A stretch of 64,000 nt of DNA from Prochlorococcus sp. AG-355-J23 (GTDB lineage Bacteria > Cyanobacteriota > Cyanobacteriia > PCC-6307 > Cyanobiaceae): assembly GCA_003278705.1 (NCBI GenBank), contig QCDR01000002.1:52593-116592 (forward strand). The letters are read 5' to 3'. A model generated the notes under the pieces. It searched no databases. It worked only from the letters and a program-made list of their open reading frames with translations, and was not told the origin of the DNA. The number at the start of each line of letters is the position of its first letter. The first letter of the stretch is position 1. Made by a program: the position numbers and the translations under genes. Shown here piece by piece: positions 50,792 to 62,363 of this stretch.

Positions 50792-52750
50792 ATGAGTAAT
50801 TCCTCTATCGAAAAAATAAATAACAAATATAATTTTAAAATTGAATATAAATTAATTAATAATAAGGAGTTATTAAAATCAAGATTATCCGAAATTCCAA
50901 AGTCATCTGGTTGTTATCTTTTTAAAGATATTGATAATAACTTACTTTATATCGGTAAATCTAAAAAACTACGCAGTAGAGTAAGTAGTTATTTCAATAA
51001 TTATTCAGATTTAACTCCCCGATTAAGTTTGATGGTTCGTCAAATAACTGAAATAGAAATAATAGTCACAGATAGCGAATATGAAGCATTAAATTTAGAG
51101 TCAAATTTAATTAAAACAAACAAACCATATTTTAATATTCTTTTAAAGGATGATAAGAAATATCCATATCTTTGTATAACTTGGAGTGAAAAATATCCTC
51201 GAATATTTATTACAAGACGAAGAAGAAATAGAAATAATTTAGATAGATATTATGGACCTTATGTAGATGTCGGATTATTAAGGAGAACATTATTTACGAT
51301 AAAAAAAATATTTCCACTTAGACAAAGACCACGGCCAGTCTATAAAGATAGAACTTGTTTGAATTATTCAATAGGAAGATGTCCAGGTGTTTGCCAAGAA
51401 GTTATATCATCTGACGATTATAAAAAAATAATGAAACAAGTATCTATGATATTTCAGGGAAGAAATGATGACTTAGAAATATTTTTACAAAAAAAAATGC
51501 TACAATTTTCAAATGATTTAGATTATGAGAATGCAGCAAAAATAAGGGACCAAATTTCAGGTTTAAAATTATTAACTGAATCACAAAAAATATCAATACC
51601 AGATTCTTCAATTAATAGAGATATCTTTGGAATAGTTTCAGAAAAAAATGTAGCTAGTATACAAATTTTCCAAATGAGATCTGGTAAGCTCATTGGGAGA
51701 ATTGGCTACAGTCAAAAATTAAATAATGAAGATGAAAATCTTATTTTACAAAAGATATTAGAAGAGCATTATATGAATGTTGAACCTGTAGAAATACCAT
51801 CAGAAATCCTTATTCAATATAATCTTCCAAAACAAGCAACCATAGAGGATTGGTTAACTGAGCTAAGAAAAAAGAAAGTAAAAATCTTAATCCCAAAAAG
51901 AAATAAAAAACATGAAACTGTAGAAATGGTTTTAAAAAATGCGAAATTGGAATTAGATAGAATATTAAATGGGATACAAGATAATGAATCATCAATTGAG
52001 GATCTTGCCCAAATACTTGAATTAAGCGAACAACCTAAAAGAATTGAAGGTTATGATATAAGCCATATACAAGGTAGTGACCCTGTAGCATCACAAGTCG
52101 TTTTTATTGATGGGATTCCTTCTAAACAGGATTATAGGAAATATAAAATTAAAGATCCAAACGTTTTTGTAGGACATAGTGATGATTTTGCTTCGATATA
52201 TGAAGTAATACATAGAAGGTTTAAAAAATGGTCAAGATTTAAAAAAAGCGGAGGGGATTTTTCAATATTAAATGATAAAACGAATAGTAAATTAGACAAT
52301 GAACTCCTATCAGATTGGCCTGATTTAATAATGATTGATGGAGGAAAAGGACAGTTAAATGCAGCTATTAAAGCATTAAAAGAATTAAATCTTGAGGAAG
52401 AAGTAACTATATGTTCATTGGCAAAAAAAAATGAAGAAATATTTATTCCAGGATTTACTAAGTCTCTTGATACTGATGAAAATCAAAAAGGTGTTCTTCT
52501 ATTAAGAAGGGTAAGAGATGAAGCACATAGATTTGCATTATCTTTTCATAGAGACAAAAGATCTAAAAGAATGAATAGATCTCAATTGTCCCAAATCAGT
52601 GGATTAGGACCATCAAGAATAAGAGAATTGCTTGAGCATTTTAAATCAATAGACGCGATAAGAATAGCTAGTAAAGAGGATTTATCAAAAGTTAAAGGAC
52701 TTGGAAAAAATTCAGTAAATGATATATATGAATATTTTAACGAGTTATAA
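50792..52750 (+). CDS. uvrC: Excinuclease ABC subunit C
   Basis: GIY-YIG domain (GCY...YIGKS), RIEGYDISH, IDGGKGQL, RDEAHRFA and HhH tail. Confidence 0.98.
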   Translation: MSNSSIEKINNKYNFKIEYKLINNKELLKSRLSEIPKSSGCYLFKDIDNNLLYIGKSKKLRSRVSSYFNNYSDLTPRLSLMVRQITEIEIIVTDSEYEALNLESNLIKTNKPYFNILLKDDKKYPYLCITWSEKYPRIFITRRRRNRNNLDRYYGPYVDVGLLRRTLFTIKKIFPLRQRPRPVYKDRTCLNYSIGRCPGVCQEVISSDDYKKIMKQVSMIFQGRNDDLEIFLQKKMLQFSNDLDYENAAKIRDQISGLKLLTESQKISIPDSSINRDIFGIVSEKNVASIQIFQMRSGKLIGRIGYSQKLNNEDENLILQKILEEHYMNVEPVEIPSEILIQYNLPKQATIEDWLTELRKKKVKILIPKRNKKHETVEMVLKNAKLELDRILNGIQDNESSIEDLAQILELSEQPKRIEGYDISHIQGSDPVASQVVFIDGIPSKQDYRKYKIKDPNVFVGHSDDFASIYEVIHRRFKKWSRFKKSGGDFSILNDKTNSKLDNELLSDWPDLIMIDGGKGQLNAAIKALKELNLEEEVTICSLAKKNEEIFIPGFTKSLDTDENQKGVLLLRRVRDEAHRFALSFHRDKRSKRMNRSQLSQISGLGPSRIRELLEHFKSIDAIRIASKEDLSKVKGLGKNSVNDIYEYFNEL

Positions 52751-52838
52751 ATATTAATTAATTTTTGAAAAATAGATTTCTTGAAATTGTTAAATATAAC
52801 TATATTAAAAATATATATTTTTAAATTAATCTAGTAAT

Positions 52839-53405
52839 TTGGCAGCTGAAGCATATCTCTGGTTTAAATCACTTCACATTATTGGTGTAATCGTTTGGTT
52901 TGCGGGACTTTTTTATTTAGTAAGACTTTTTATATATCATGAAGAATCTAAAAATATGGATAATGAATTAAAAATTGCCTTTAATAAACAATACACCTTG
53001 ATGGAAAAAAGGCTGGCGAATATAATCACAACACCTGGGATGATATTAGCTTTAAGTATGGCTATTTGCATGGTTATTATGCAACCAAGTTGGTTGAGTG
53101 AGAAGTGGTTGCAAATTAAAATTACTTTTGTTTTGGGATTAGTAATTTATCATTCTTATTGTTATAAAATAATGTATTCATTACATAATGGTACTTCAAC
53201 TATTTCAGCAAAAAACCTTAGATTATTAAATGAATTGCCTACTTTATTATTATTTATAATTGTACTTTTAGTTATTTTTAAAAATAATTTTCCAACTAGT
53301 GTTGCTACATGGAGCGTAGTTGGACTAATTATTTTCATGTTGGCTTCAATACAATTATATGCAAAGATTAGAAAGAAAAATGAGAATTCATTAAGTAATG
53401 AATAG
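52839..53405 (+). CDS. hemJ: Protoporphyrinogen oxidase HemJ
   Basis: WFKSLHII...WFAGLFYLVRLFIYH and RLLNELPT motifs. Confidence 0.94.
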   Translation: MAAEAYLWFKSLHIIGVIVWFAGLFYLVRLFIYHEESKNMDNELKIAFNKQYTLMEKRLANIITTPGMILALSMAICMVIMQPSWLSEKWLQIKITFVLGLVIYHSYCYKIMYSLHNGTSTISAKNLRLLNELPTLLLFIIVLLVIFKNNFPTSVATWSVVGLIIFMLASIQLYAKIRKKNENSLSNE

Positions 53406-54045
53406 GGAAGACTTAGTAAAATTAACTTCCAATATTAATAAAAATAGTTGTCCTAAAAATATTAATTTTCACTGTCATACAAAATTTAGTGATGGAAGTT
53501 TAGAACCTTATGAACTTTTAGAACAAGCTTATAAAAATAACTTGAAATTTTTATCAATAACCGATCATCATACAATTAAAGCTCATGAATATATAAAAAA
53601 AAATAATATACTCAAAAATTATCATAAAGATTCTTTTACATTAATTTCGGGAATAGAAATTAATTGTTTGATTTTAGGATGTTTAGTACATGTAATTGGA
53701 TTAGGAATAGATATAAAAAGTAAATACCTAAATCCCTACATCCTTGGAGAGTCTCCAATAGGTAATGATTTAAATATTAAATCAGTTATAAAAGCAATAA
53801 ATTTAGCTGGTGGTTTATCATTTCTTGCACATCCAGCGAGATACAGGATTCCCTTTTATAAATTAATTCCAGAGGCCAAAATACAAGGCATTGATGGAAT
53901 AGAGGTTTGGTACGATTATGAACTTAATGAAGTATGGAATCCTAGTTTATTTGTATGTACAGAAATAGATAAATTAGCAGACAAATATTCAATGCTAAAA
54001 ACATGTGGAACTGATAGTCATGGACTTTCGCTATTAGGTAGATAA
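53398..54045 (+). CDS. PHP domain phosphoesterase
   Basis: HCHTKFSDG, ITDHH, AHP and GTDSHG motifs. Confidence 0.9.
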   Translation: MNREDLVKLTSNINKNSCPKNINFHCHTKFSDGSLEPYELLEQAYKNNLKFLSITDHHTIKAHEYIKKNNILKNYHKDSFTLISGIEINCLILGCLVHVIGLGIDIKSKYLNPYILGESPIGNDLNIKSVIKAINLAGGLSFLAHPARYRIPFYKLIPEAKIQGIDGIEVWYDYELNEVWNPSLFVCTEIDKLADKYSMLKTCGTDSHGLSLLGR

Positions 54046-54046
54046 T

Positions 54047-57000
54047 TCAGAATTCGTTTTTTTCAATTATTGAATCAGTATTAATAATTATATTCTTTAA
54101 ATTTTCAATGACATCTGATGAACAATTATTCCACATTTTTCTATTTACAATTTCAAGAAATCTTTGTGCAATATCTCTTAAAGCCCATGGATTATTCTCT
54201 AGAAAGAAATTCCTTAGATCCAGATCACATAACCATGATTTATAAACTTCCTGATAACACCAATCTGAGACTACTTCAGTAGAAGCATCAAAAGCATATA
54301 AGTAATCTAGTGTAGCTGAAAATTCAAACGCTCCTTTATAACCATTATCCTTCATTCCATTTATCCATTTAGGGTTAAGTATTCTTGATATAACAACTTT
54401 ATTAATTTCATCTTGTAATTTTGAAATTTTGGATAATCCAAATTTTGATAAATCACCATGATACATTTCAGGAAATTTACCGCTCAATTTTTTTACTGCT
54501 GAAGATAATCCACCCTGAAACTGATAATAATCATCAGAATCTAAAATATCATGTTCCTTATTATCTTGGTTATGAACAACTAACTGCACATTTTTAAGAG
54601 CATTTTCAAATGATTTTTTATCCTCTATAGGTTCAAGATTATCACTGTAAATCCACTTACTCCAATTAAGAAATGATTCTCCAAAATCATCAATAGTTTC
54701 CCAATTAGAATTTGAAATTAGTTCTTGCAGACCAGCTCCATATGAACCTGGCGCTGACCCAAATATACGATTAATTGAATCACCATCCCTTAATGCCCCA
54801 GCGAGAGGGTTAAATTTATCATCCTCATTAAGATTAGAAACAAGATTTATTGCTTTAGAAGTTAATTTAACTAACTGTGGAAATGCATCTCTAAACATTC
54901 CCGAAATCCTTAAAGTAACATCAACCCTTGGTCTTTCGAGAACAGATAAAGGAATGATTTCTAGATCAACTACTCTTCTTGAAGGCCCATCCCAAATAGG
55001 CTGAACTCCTAATAAATATAGTATTTGACAAATGTCTTCACCACCATTTCTCATTGTAGATGTTGCCCATACGGATATTGCTATATTTTTTAAATCTTCT
55101 CCATTATCTTGTTTGTATAAATCAAGTATTTGTGAAGCAGACTGACAACCAACACTCCATGCTGATTCAGTTGGCAGCCCTCTCGAATCAACTGAAAAGA
55201 AATTTTTACCAGTGGGTAAAGTTTCAGTTTTACCTCTCGTAGGAGCTCCAGATGGACCACTTTTTACATATTGTCCGTTTAATGAATTAATAAATGATAA
55301 TTTCTCATTATATGAAGAATTAATGATTGGAATTAGAATCTCTTTTTTTAATGATAAAAAATACTTATTATGTTTTTTTTCATTAAAGAAATAGTCTATT
55401 ATTTTCTGATTTTTATATTTTTCTAGATTTTTTATATTGATATTCTTTTTGTAAAAAAACAAATATATTAAATACTTTGCTTGTTGTTCCAAAAAATCAA
55501 TAGCCATTCTAAAGTTTAAAATGTTTTTGTTGGAAAAAGTCAATAATATTTTTTTATCCTTTTCACTCAACATTTGATCATATTGATTTGTCCAAGGATT
55601 CAAATCTAGTTTTAAATGTTTTGCTATATATTGAGTAACACCAATTCGGTTCGTATTTGGTACTCTAGCAATACACAAGAATAAATTTATTTCATTAATA
55701 TCATTCTGCCTATTGCCAAAAATATGCAAACCTGTCCTAATTTGAGATTCTTTAATTTTGCAAAGAAAGGAATCAATTTCTTCTATTTGATTAATTTTAT
55801 TCTTTAAAGTAATTTCGCTAAAATCTTTTTTTATTAATTCAAAAATGGAATTTTCTATTATTTCAATCCGATTAGAATTTAATAATTTTGCTTCAAAATA
55901 TTCGTCTAAATAATTTTCTAATATTGAATATTTTCCATATAATTCTGACCTATCCAATGGAGGGGTTAAATGATCAATAATTGTTGCAGCAGTTCTTCTT
56001 TTAGCTTGGGATCCTTCTCCAGGATCATTTACGATAAAGGGATATATGTTTGGTATTGCTGGACAAATAATATTTGGAAAACATTTATTGCTGAGACCTA
56101 TAGATTTACCAGGTAACCATTCAACAGTCCCATGTTTACCAATATGGCACATAGCATTTGCATTAAAAACTTTTTCAATCCAAAAATATTGTGCTAAATA
56201 TCTATGGGGAGGTGGAAGATCGGGAGAATGAATATCTCTATCAGTTAAAGCGTCATAACCTCGTTGAGGTTGAATCAATAATGTTATTTTCCCAAATCTA
56301 ATACCATTTATTGAGAAGCCTTTATTATCTAGATCGATCGCATCAGATGGTTTACCCCAACGACTAACAATAATATTTTTGGGATCAATTTCTAAATAAT
56401 TCCAATATTTTAAATATTCACTAAGTGGTAAATAATCTAATGGTGTATTATTTTGAGATTCAATATCATTAGTTCTAGTTTTTATAAGCATTGACATTAA
56501 TTCCGAAGAATCTTGAGGATAATTACAAGATCCAAGGTCATAACCTTCTTCTTTTAACCAATTAAGAATATTTATTATTGAAGATGGTGTATTTAGACCA
56601 ACGCCATTACCGATTCTTCCGTTCTTTACTGGATAATTACTTATTACTAAACAAATTTTTTTATCAAAATTATTAAGTTTCTGAAGTTTCACATAATTTG
56701 TTGCAAATTTTGAAATCCATTGAATACCTACTTGATCAGCTTTGTAACTAGTTATTTCACTATATAGTGTATTTTTCTTAGAAATTATTTCTTTAAATGC
56801 TGAAGGACAGGTAGTAATTCTTCCATCAAATTCAGGAATAATTATTTGCATTAATAAATCAGATGAATTCATTCCAATAGATGAATTTAACCACTTTTTT
56901 CTTGATCTATTAGAAGAAAGAAGCTGTAAAATTGGAATTTTAAGAGAAGTAAAAATATTTGTTGAATTTTCAATTAATTCATTATTTTTGATTTGAGATG

Positions 57001-57784
57001 AAGAAAATGAAGTTGTGGTAATTATTAGTTTAATATCTTCTTTTTTAAAAATTTCTATTAATTTCTTCTGAATAATATGATCTTTTAGTGTTGAAATAAA
57101 AAATGTTTTAGGAGATAATCCGCATTTTCTTAATTGCAGGTTAAGTTTTTCGTTTACTTCAATCTCGTTAGCCAAAAAAAGTGATTTATAGGATATTATT
57201 CCTATCTTTTCGCCACTTTCATTTTTCCAATCATATAAATAGGGATCTGCATAAAAAGTAATATTCAAAAAATCATCAGGAATTAATTTTTCATCAACAA
57301 CTAAATAATTTAAACAATTAAGAAACTTTCTATAATTATCCAGTCCTCCAGATCTTAGTAATCTAGAAATATTTAATGCAATATTTTTATTTATACTACT
57401 TATTTCACATAAGGAAATTTCCTGGTCAATGGTACCTGATAGGACTACTAACTTCCTTTTTTTATTAACTGCTTGCCAATTTAAAAGTTGTTCAATTCCA
57501 TAGTTCCATGTACCTTTATCTCCAAATATTCTAAGTACGACTACTTTTGCATAATTTATTGTTTTTAATAAATAATTATCTATTTGAGCAGAGGAATTTA
57601 AATTAGAAATTTCTAAAGCTCTTATATTATTTTTTAATGAAGCAAATTCTTTTTCTAACAATAAGTTTGATATAAGATTTAAATCAGCGTTGACACTTGT
57701 TATAAAAATAAAATCTGCAGCTGGTTGCTCAATTAAATCATCCTTATTCTTTTCATTTCCTGCTATATTTAATATCCTGTGCAT
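54047..57784 (-). CDS. cobN: Cobaltochelatase subunit CobN
   Basis: HIGKHGTVEWLPGK, GEGSQAKRR, LPTGKNF, RPRVDVTLRISG and NPKWI motifs; N-terminal MHRI typical of CobN. Confidence 0.94.
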   Translation of the reverse strand: MHRILNIAGNEKNKDDLIEQPAADFIFITSVNADLNLISNLLLEKEFASLKNNIRALEISNLNSSAQIDNYLLKTINYAKVVVLRIFGDKGTWNYGIEQLLNWQAVNKKRKLVVLSGTIDQEISLCEISSINKNIALNISRLLRSGGLDNYRKFLNCLNYLVVDEKLIPDDFLNITFYADPYLYDWKNESGEKIGIISYKSLFLANEIEVNEKLNLQLRKCGLSPKTFFISTLKDHIIQKKLIEIFKKEDIKLIITTTSFSSSQIKNNELIENSTNIFTSLKIPILQLLSSNRSRKKWLNSSIGMNSSDLLMQIIIPEFDGRITTCPSAFKEIISKKNTLYSEITSYKADQVGIQWISKFATNYVKLQKLNNFDKKICLVISNYPVKNGRIGNGVGLNTPSSIINILNWLKEEGYDLGSCNYPQDSSELMSMLIKTRTNDIESQNNTPLDYLPLSEYLKYWNYLEIDPKNIIVSRWGKPSDAIDLDNKGFSINGIRFGKITLLIQPQRGYDALTDRDIHSPDLPPPHRYLAQYFWIEKVFNANAMCHIGKHGTVEWLPGKSIGLSNKCFPNIICPAIPNIYPFIVNDPGEGSQAKRRTAATIIDHLTPPLDRSELYGKYSILENYLDEYFEAKLLNSNRIEIIENSIFELIKKDFSEITLKNKINQIEEIDSFLCKIKESQIRTGLHIFGNRQNDINEINLFLCIARVPNTNRIGVTQYIAKHLKLDLNPWTNQYDQMLSEKDKKILLTFSNKNILNFRMAIDFLEQQAKYLIYLFFYKKNINIKNLEKYKNQKIIDYFFNEKKHNKYFLSLKKEILIPIINSSYNEKLSFINSLNGQYVKSGPSGAPTRGKTETLPTGKNFFSVDSRGLPTESAWSVGCQSASQILDLYKQDNGEDLKNIAISVWATSTMRNGGEDICQILYLLGVQPIWDGPSRRVVDLEIIPLSVLERPRVDVTLRISGMFRDAFPQLVKLTSKAINLVSNLNEDDKFNPLAGALRDGDSINRIFGSAPGSYGAGLQELISNSNWETIDDFGESFLNWSKWIYSDNLEPIEDKKSFENALKNVQLVVHNQDNKEHDILDSDDYYQFQGGLSSAVKKLSGKFPEMYHGDLSKFGLSKISKLQDEINKVVISRILNPKWINGMKDNGYKGAFEFSATLDYLYAFDASTEVVSDWCYQEVYKSWLCDLDLRNFFLENNPWALRDIAQRFLEIVNRKMWNNCSSDVIENLKNIIINTDSIIEKNEF

Positions 57785-57856
57785 TTTTATATATAAATAA
57801 GGTTTAGAATAAGTAAGTAGGATAAAACAAGTTTACCTTAATTAAATAAATTAAAT

Positions 57857-58771
57857 ATGCATGAATTTCTTCCATACGCCTGGTTCGAAGGTAAATGTAT
57901 TCCATTTAAAGAAGCAAAAATATCAATAGCTACTCATGCACTACATTACGGTACTGCTGCATTTGGAGGAATGCGAGCGATACCTAACCCAACAAACAAA
58001 GAAGAATTCCTTTTGTTTAGAACTGATAAACATATAAAAAGATTATCTCAAAGTGCAAAATTACTCTTAACCGAAATTTCTGAAGAATATATTTTTAAAG
58101 CCTTAGAAGAAGTTATAAAAAGAAACAAGCCAGAAAAACCTATTTATATAAGACCATTTGTATATACAAGCGATTTAGGTATAGCGCCAAGGTTACACAA
58201 TATTGAAACAAATTTCTTTATTTATTGTATTGAACTAGGAGATTATCTATCCCCAGATGGTGTTTCTTGTAGAATGAGTAGTTGGACAAGGCAAGAAGAT
58301 AGATCTCTCCCCTTAAGAGGAAAAATAAGTGGAGCATATATTACTAGTTCATTAGCCAAAACAGAAGCTAGTTTATCGGGTTTTGATGAAGCCCTGCTAT
58401 TAAATTCAAGTGGTAAGGTAAGCGAAGCTAGTGGTATGAATTTATTTATTGTAAGGAATGGAGACTTAATCACTCCTGGTGTTGATCAAGATATCCTTGA
58501 GGGTATTACTAGAGCTAGTGTAATTGAATTAGCAAAATCATTTGGAATAAATGTAATTGAGAGACCTGTTGATAAAACAGAATTATTAATAGCAGATGAA
58601 GTTTTTCTAACTGGTACAGCAGCAAAAATTACACCAGTTAAAAAAATTGAATCAACTGAATTAAATGTTGAAAGACCAATAATGAATAAATTAAAAAGTA
58701 AGCTTATAGAAATAACAGAAGGTCGTTCTCAAGACTATGATAATTGGGTAACAAGAATTTCACTAAAATAA
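57857..58771 (+). CDS. ilvE: Branched-chain amino acid aminotransferase
   Basis: HALHYG, KISGAY, EASGMNLF, LEGITR and ADEVFLTGTAA motifs. Confidence 0.95.
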   Translation: MHEFLPYAWFEGKCIPFKEAKISIATHALHYGTAAFGGMRAIPNPTNKEEFLLFRTDKHIKRLSQSAKLLLTEISEEYIFKALEEVIKRNKPEKPIYIRPFVYTSDLGIAPRLHNIETNFFIYCIELGDYLSPDGVSCRMSSWTRQEDRSLPLRGKISGAYITSSLAKTEASLSGFDEALLLNSSGKVSEASGMNLFIVRNGDLITPGVDQDILEGITRASVIELAKSFGINVIERPVDKTELLIADEVFLTGTAAKITPVKKIESTELNVERPIMNKLKSKLIEITEGRSQDYDNWVTRISLK

Positions 58772-58787
58772 ATTATTTTTACCTAAA

Positions 58788-61700
58788 ATGGAATCTTTCA
58801 GAACCTATTTAAATAGAGATGAAAAACCATTAATTATTTTTGACGGAGGTACTGGAACATCTTTTCAGAACTTAAATCTTACTGCAGATGACTTTGGAGG
58901 AAAAGAATTAGAGGGATGTAATGAAAACCTTGTTTTATCATCTCCAGATGTAGTTGAGAAGGTTCATAATTCATTTTTAGAAGCAGGTTGTCATGTTATA
59001 GAAACTAATACATTTGGTGCCTCATCAATAGTTCTTGATGAATATGATATTGCAGATAAGGCTTATGAGATAAATAAAAATGCTGCATTTGTAGCAAAAA
59101 AAGCTGCTGCCAAATACTCATCAGTTGATAAACCAAGGTTTGTAGCAGGTTCAATTGGGCCAACAACTAAATTACCCACCTTAGGACATATAGATTTTGA
59201 TGAATTAAAGCATTCATATAAAGAACAAATTTATGGTCTTATAGATGGAGGAGTTGATCTTCTTTTGATTGAAACTTGTCAGGATGTTTTACAAATTAAA
59301 TCTGCCTTATTAGCATCAAAAGAAATTCTAGAAAGTAAAAATATTGATATACCTTTAATGGTATCTATAACAATGGAAACAACAGGTACTATGCTTGTTG
59401 GATCTGATATTGCTTCTGCATTAACAATACTAGAGCCATTTAATATAGATATCCTTGGACTTAATTGTGCAACTGGTCCTGAGCAAATGAAGGATCATAT
59501 TAAATATTTGTCTGAAAATTCTCCCTTCGCTATAAGCTGTATTCCCAATGCAGGTCTTCCTGAAAATATTGGTGGTGTAGCTCACTATAGATTAAAGCCA
59601 ATAGAATTAAAGATGCAGTTAATGAATTTTATATATGACTTTAATGTTCAATTAATAGGTGGATGTTGTGGGACAACACCTGAACATATAAAATATCTGT
59701 CTTCAATAATCGATGAAATTATTGATATTGAAAGGACCCACAACAATGGTAAGAAAAATTCAAGTGATTTTATTCCATCTGCCTCATCAATATATAACTC
59801 TGTGCCATATAAACAAGACAATTCAATTTTGATAGTAGGAGAAAGATTAAATGCAAGTGGATCGAAAAAGGTAAGGGAGTTATTAAATAACGACGATTGG
59901 GATGGCTTAGTTGCAATTGCAAAGCAACAACAAAAAGAAAATGCTCACGTTCTTGATGTAAATGTTGATTATGTAGGCAGAGACGGAGTGAAAGATATGA
60001 AGGAAATAACTTCAAGACTAGTTACCAATATAAATTTACCATTAATGATTGACTCTACAGATGCAGACAAAATGGAAAGTGGATTAAAGTCAGCTGGTGG
60101 TAAATGTATTATAAATTCAACCAATTACGAAGATGGCAATGAAAGGTTTGATCAAGTTCTAAATTTAGCCTTAGGGTATGGTGCAGGTCTTGTTGTCGGA
60201 ACAATTGATGAAGATGGAATGGCAAGGAATTCAGAAAAAAAATATAAGATTGTCAAACGAGCGATTAATAGAACAAGAGAATGTGGTTTGTCAGATTATG
60301 AGCTATTTTTTGATCCATTAGCTCTGCCAATATCTACAGGGATAGAAGAAGATAGATTAAACGCTAAAGAAACTATTAGTGCTATATTAAAAATTCGTGA
60401 AAATTTCCCAAATATTCATATCATACTTGGGATATCAAACATTAGTTTTGGTCTTTCACCATTATCAAGAATTAATCTAAATTCAATATTTTTAGATGAA
60501 TGCATTAAAGCAGGATTAGATTCTGCTATCATCGCACCAAATAAAATTTTGCCATTATCAAAAATTTCTGAAGAAACTAAAAAGCTTTGCTTGGATTTGA
60601 TTTATGATAAAAGAAAATTTGAAGATGATATTTGTATTTATGATCCATTAGTAGAATTAACAAAGGCTTTTCAAGATTTATCTATTCAAGATTTCAAAAA
60701 AGCATCATCAGAAAATAAAAACCTAACTCTTGAAGAAAGTCTGAAAAATCATATTATAGATGGAGAAAAAATAGGATTAGAGGATCAATTAAATAAAGCG
60801 TTAAAAAAATATAAACCTCTTGAAATAATTAATACCTTTTTACTAGATGGGATGAAAGTTGTAGGAGATTTATTTGGCTCAGGTCAGATGCAATTGCCAT
60901 TTGTACTCCAATCCGCTGAAACAATGAAATTTGCTGTTTCAATTTTAGAACCATACATGGAAACTGTAGATGAGAACATATCAAATGGAAAACTCTTAAT
61001 TGCAACTGTCAAAGGCGATGTACATGATATTGGAAAAAATTTGGTAGATATAATACTTACAAATAATGGTTATGACGTAATAAATCTAGGAATAAAGCAA
61101 GATGTTTCAGCAATTATAGATGCACAAAAAAAATACAATGCAGATTGCATCGCTATGAGCGGATTACTTGTTAAATCAACTGCTTTTATGAAAGATAATT
61201 TAGAGGCTTTTAACAATGAAAATATTAGTGTACCAGTAATATTAGGAGGCGCAGCCTTAACCCCAAAATTTGTAAATGAGGACTGCAGCAAAATATATAA
61301 AGGGAAAATATTGTACGGAAAAGATGCATTCACTGATCTTAAATTTATGAATGAATATATGGATAATAAGAAAAAGGGTAATTGGTCAAATACAGAGGGT
61401 TTCATTAACAATGAAGGTATAAATATTAATTTAGCCTCATCAAAATCAAACTCTCAAGCTGTTAAAAAATCTATATCCATAAATACCGAGACATCCAAAT
61501 TAAATTTAAAAGAAAATTTTATAAGATCTAAATTTATAAATGAAGAAGATCCAATTCAAGCCCCTTTCTTTGGAACGAAAGTCTTGAACGATGTTGATAT
61601 AGATTTAAATAAGTTAATATTTTATTTAGATACAAAAGCTTTATTTAGCGGGCAATGGCAAATAAAAAAAGGAAAAAACCAAAGCGTAGATGAATACAAT

Positions 61701-62354
61701 AGTTATTTGGATTCATATGCTAAACCATTGTTAGATAAATGGTTAGAGATAATTATAGAGAAAAAACTTATATCACCCAGAGCAGTTTATGGATATTTCA
61801 GATGCGGGAGAAAAGATAATAGTATTTTCTTATTTGATGAGAAATCATTAAATAAAATTTCCCAATTTAATTTTCCACGGCAAAAATCTGGTAATAATTT
61901 ATGCATAGCTGATTTTTATTGTGATTTGAAAAATGATAAACCGATAGATATATTTCCTATGCAGGCAGTAACCATGGGCGATATTGCTAGTGAATATTCT
62001 CAAAAATTATTTAAAGAAGATAAATATAGCGATTATTTGTTATTCCATGGACTTACAGTGCAATTAGCAGAAGCTTTAGCTGAGTATGTCCATTCATTAA
62101 TTCGTATTGAATGTGGTTTTAGATCTGAAGAACCAGACAAAAATAGAGAAATACTAGCTCAAAAATATAGAGGAGCTAGATATTCTTTTGGTTATCCTGC
62201 ATGTCCAAAAGTATCTGATTCAAACATACAATTATCATTGTTGGATGCAAAAAGAATAAACTTGACCATGGATGAATCTGAACAACTCCATCCAGAACAA
62301 AGTACTACAGCTATCATTTCACTACACTCAAAAGCTAAATATTTCAGCGCTTAA
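58788..62354 (+). CDS. metH: Cobalamin-dependent methionine synthase
   Basis: GLNC, GGCCGTTP, GERLN, VKGDVHDIGKN (DxHxxG) and RYSFGYPACP motifs. Confidence 0.98.
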   Translation: MESFRTYLNRDEKPLIIFDGGTGTSFQNLNLTADDFGGKELEGCNENLVLSSPDVVEKVHNSFLEAGCHVIETNTFGASSIVLDEYDIADKAYEINKNAAFVAKKAAAKYSSVDKPRFVAGSIGPTTKLPTLGHIDFDELKHSYKEQIYGLIDGGVDLLLIETCQDVLQIKSALLASKEILESKNIDIPLMVSITMETTGTMLVGSDIASALTILEPFNIDILGLNCATGPEQMKDHIKYLSENSPFAISCIPNAGLPENIGGVAHYRLKPIELKMQLMNFIYDFNVQLIGGCCGTTPEHIKYLSSIIDEIIDIERTHNNGKKNSSDFIPSASSIYNSVPYKQDNSILIVGERLNASGSKKVRELLNNDDWDGLVAIAKQQQKENAHVLDVNVDYVGRDGVKDMKEITSRLVTNINLPLMIDSTDADKMESGLKSAGGKCIINSTNYEDGNERFDQVLNLALGYGAGLVVGTIDEDGMARNSEKKYKIVKRAINRTRECGLSDYELFFDPLALPISTGIEEDRLNAKETISAILKIRENFPNIHIILGISNISFGLSPLSRINLNSIFLDECIKAGLDSAIIAPNKILPLSKISEETKKLCLDLIYDKRKFEDDICIYDPLVELTKAFQDLSIQDFKKASSENKNLTLEESLKNHIIDGEKIGLEDQLNKALKKYKPLEIINTFLLDGMKVVGDLFGSGQMQLPFVLQSAETMKFAVSILEPYMETVDENISNGKLLIATVKGDVHDIGKNLVDIILTNNGYDVINLGIKQDVSAIIDAQKKYNADCIAMSGLLVKSTAFMKDNLEAFNNENISVPVILGGAALTPKFVNEDCSKIYKGKILYGKDAFTDLKFMNEYMDNKKKGNWSNTEGFINNEGININLASSKSNSQAVKKSISINTETSKLNLKENFIRSKFINEEDPIQAPFFGTKVLNDVDIDLNKLIFYLDTKALFSGQWQIKKGKNQSVDEYNSYLDSYAKPLLDKWLEIIIEKKLISPRAVYGYFRCGRKDNSIFLFDEKSLNKISQFNFPRQKSGNNLCIADFYCDLKNDKPIDIFPMQAVTMGDIASEYSQKLFKEDKYSDYLLFHGLTVQLAEALAEYVHSLIRIECGFRSEEPDKNREILAQKYRGARYSFGYPACPKVSDSNIQLSLLDAKRINLTMDESEQLHPEQSTTAIISLHSKAKYFSA

Positions 62355-62363
62355 GCTGAATTT

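Noticed and set aside
5011-61411. Remaining short ORF-track entries nested in or antisense to long genes (e.g. 5011, 7770, 9244, 12768, 14391, 16496, 19679, 21120, 23642, 30393, 31755, 32016, 34648, 34956, 42192, 44242, 45611, 51810, 55060, 55212, 56046, 58243, 59770, 61070)
   Set aside because: All lie wholly or largely within well-supported housekeeping genes and show no recognisable motifs; expected by chance or from codon bias.
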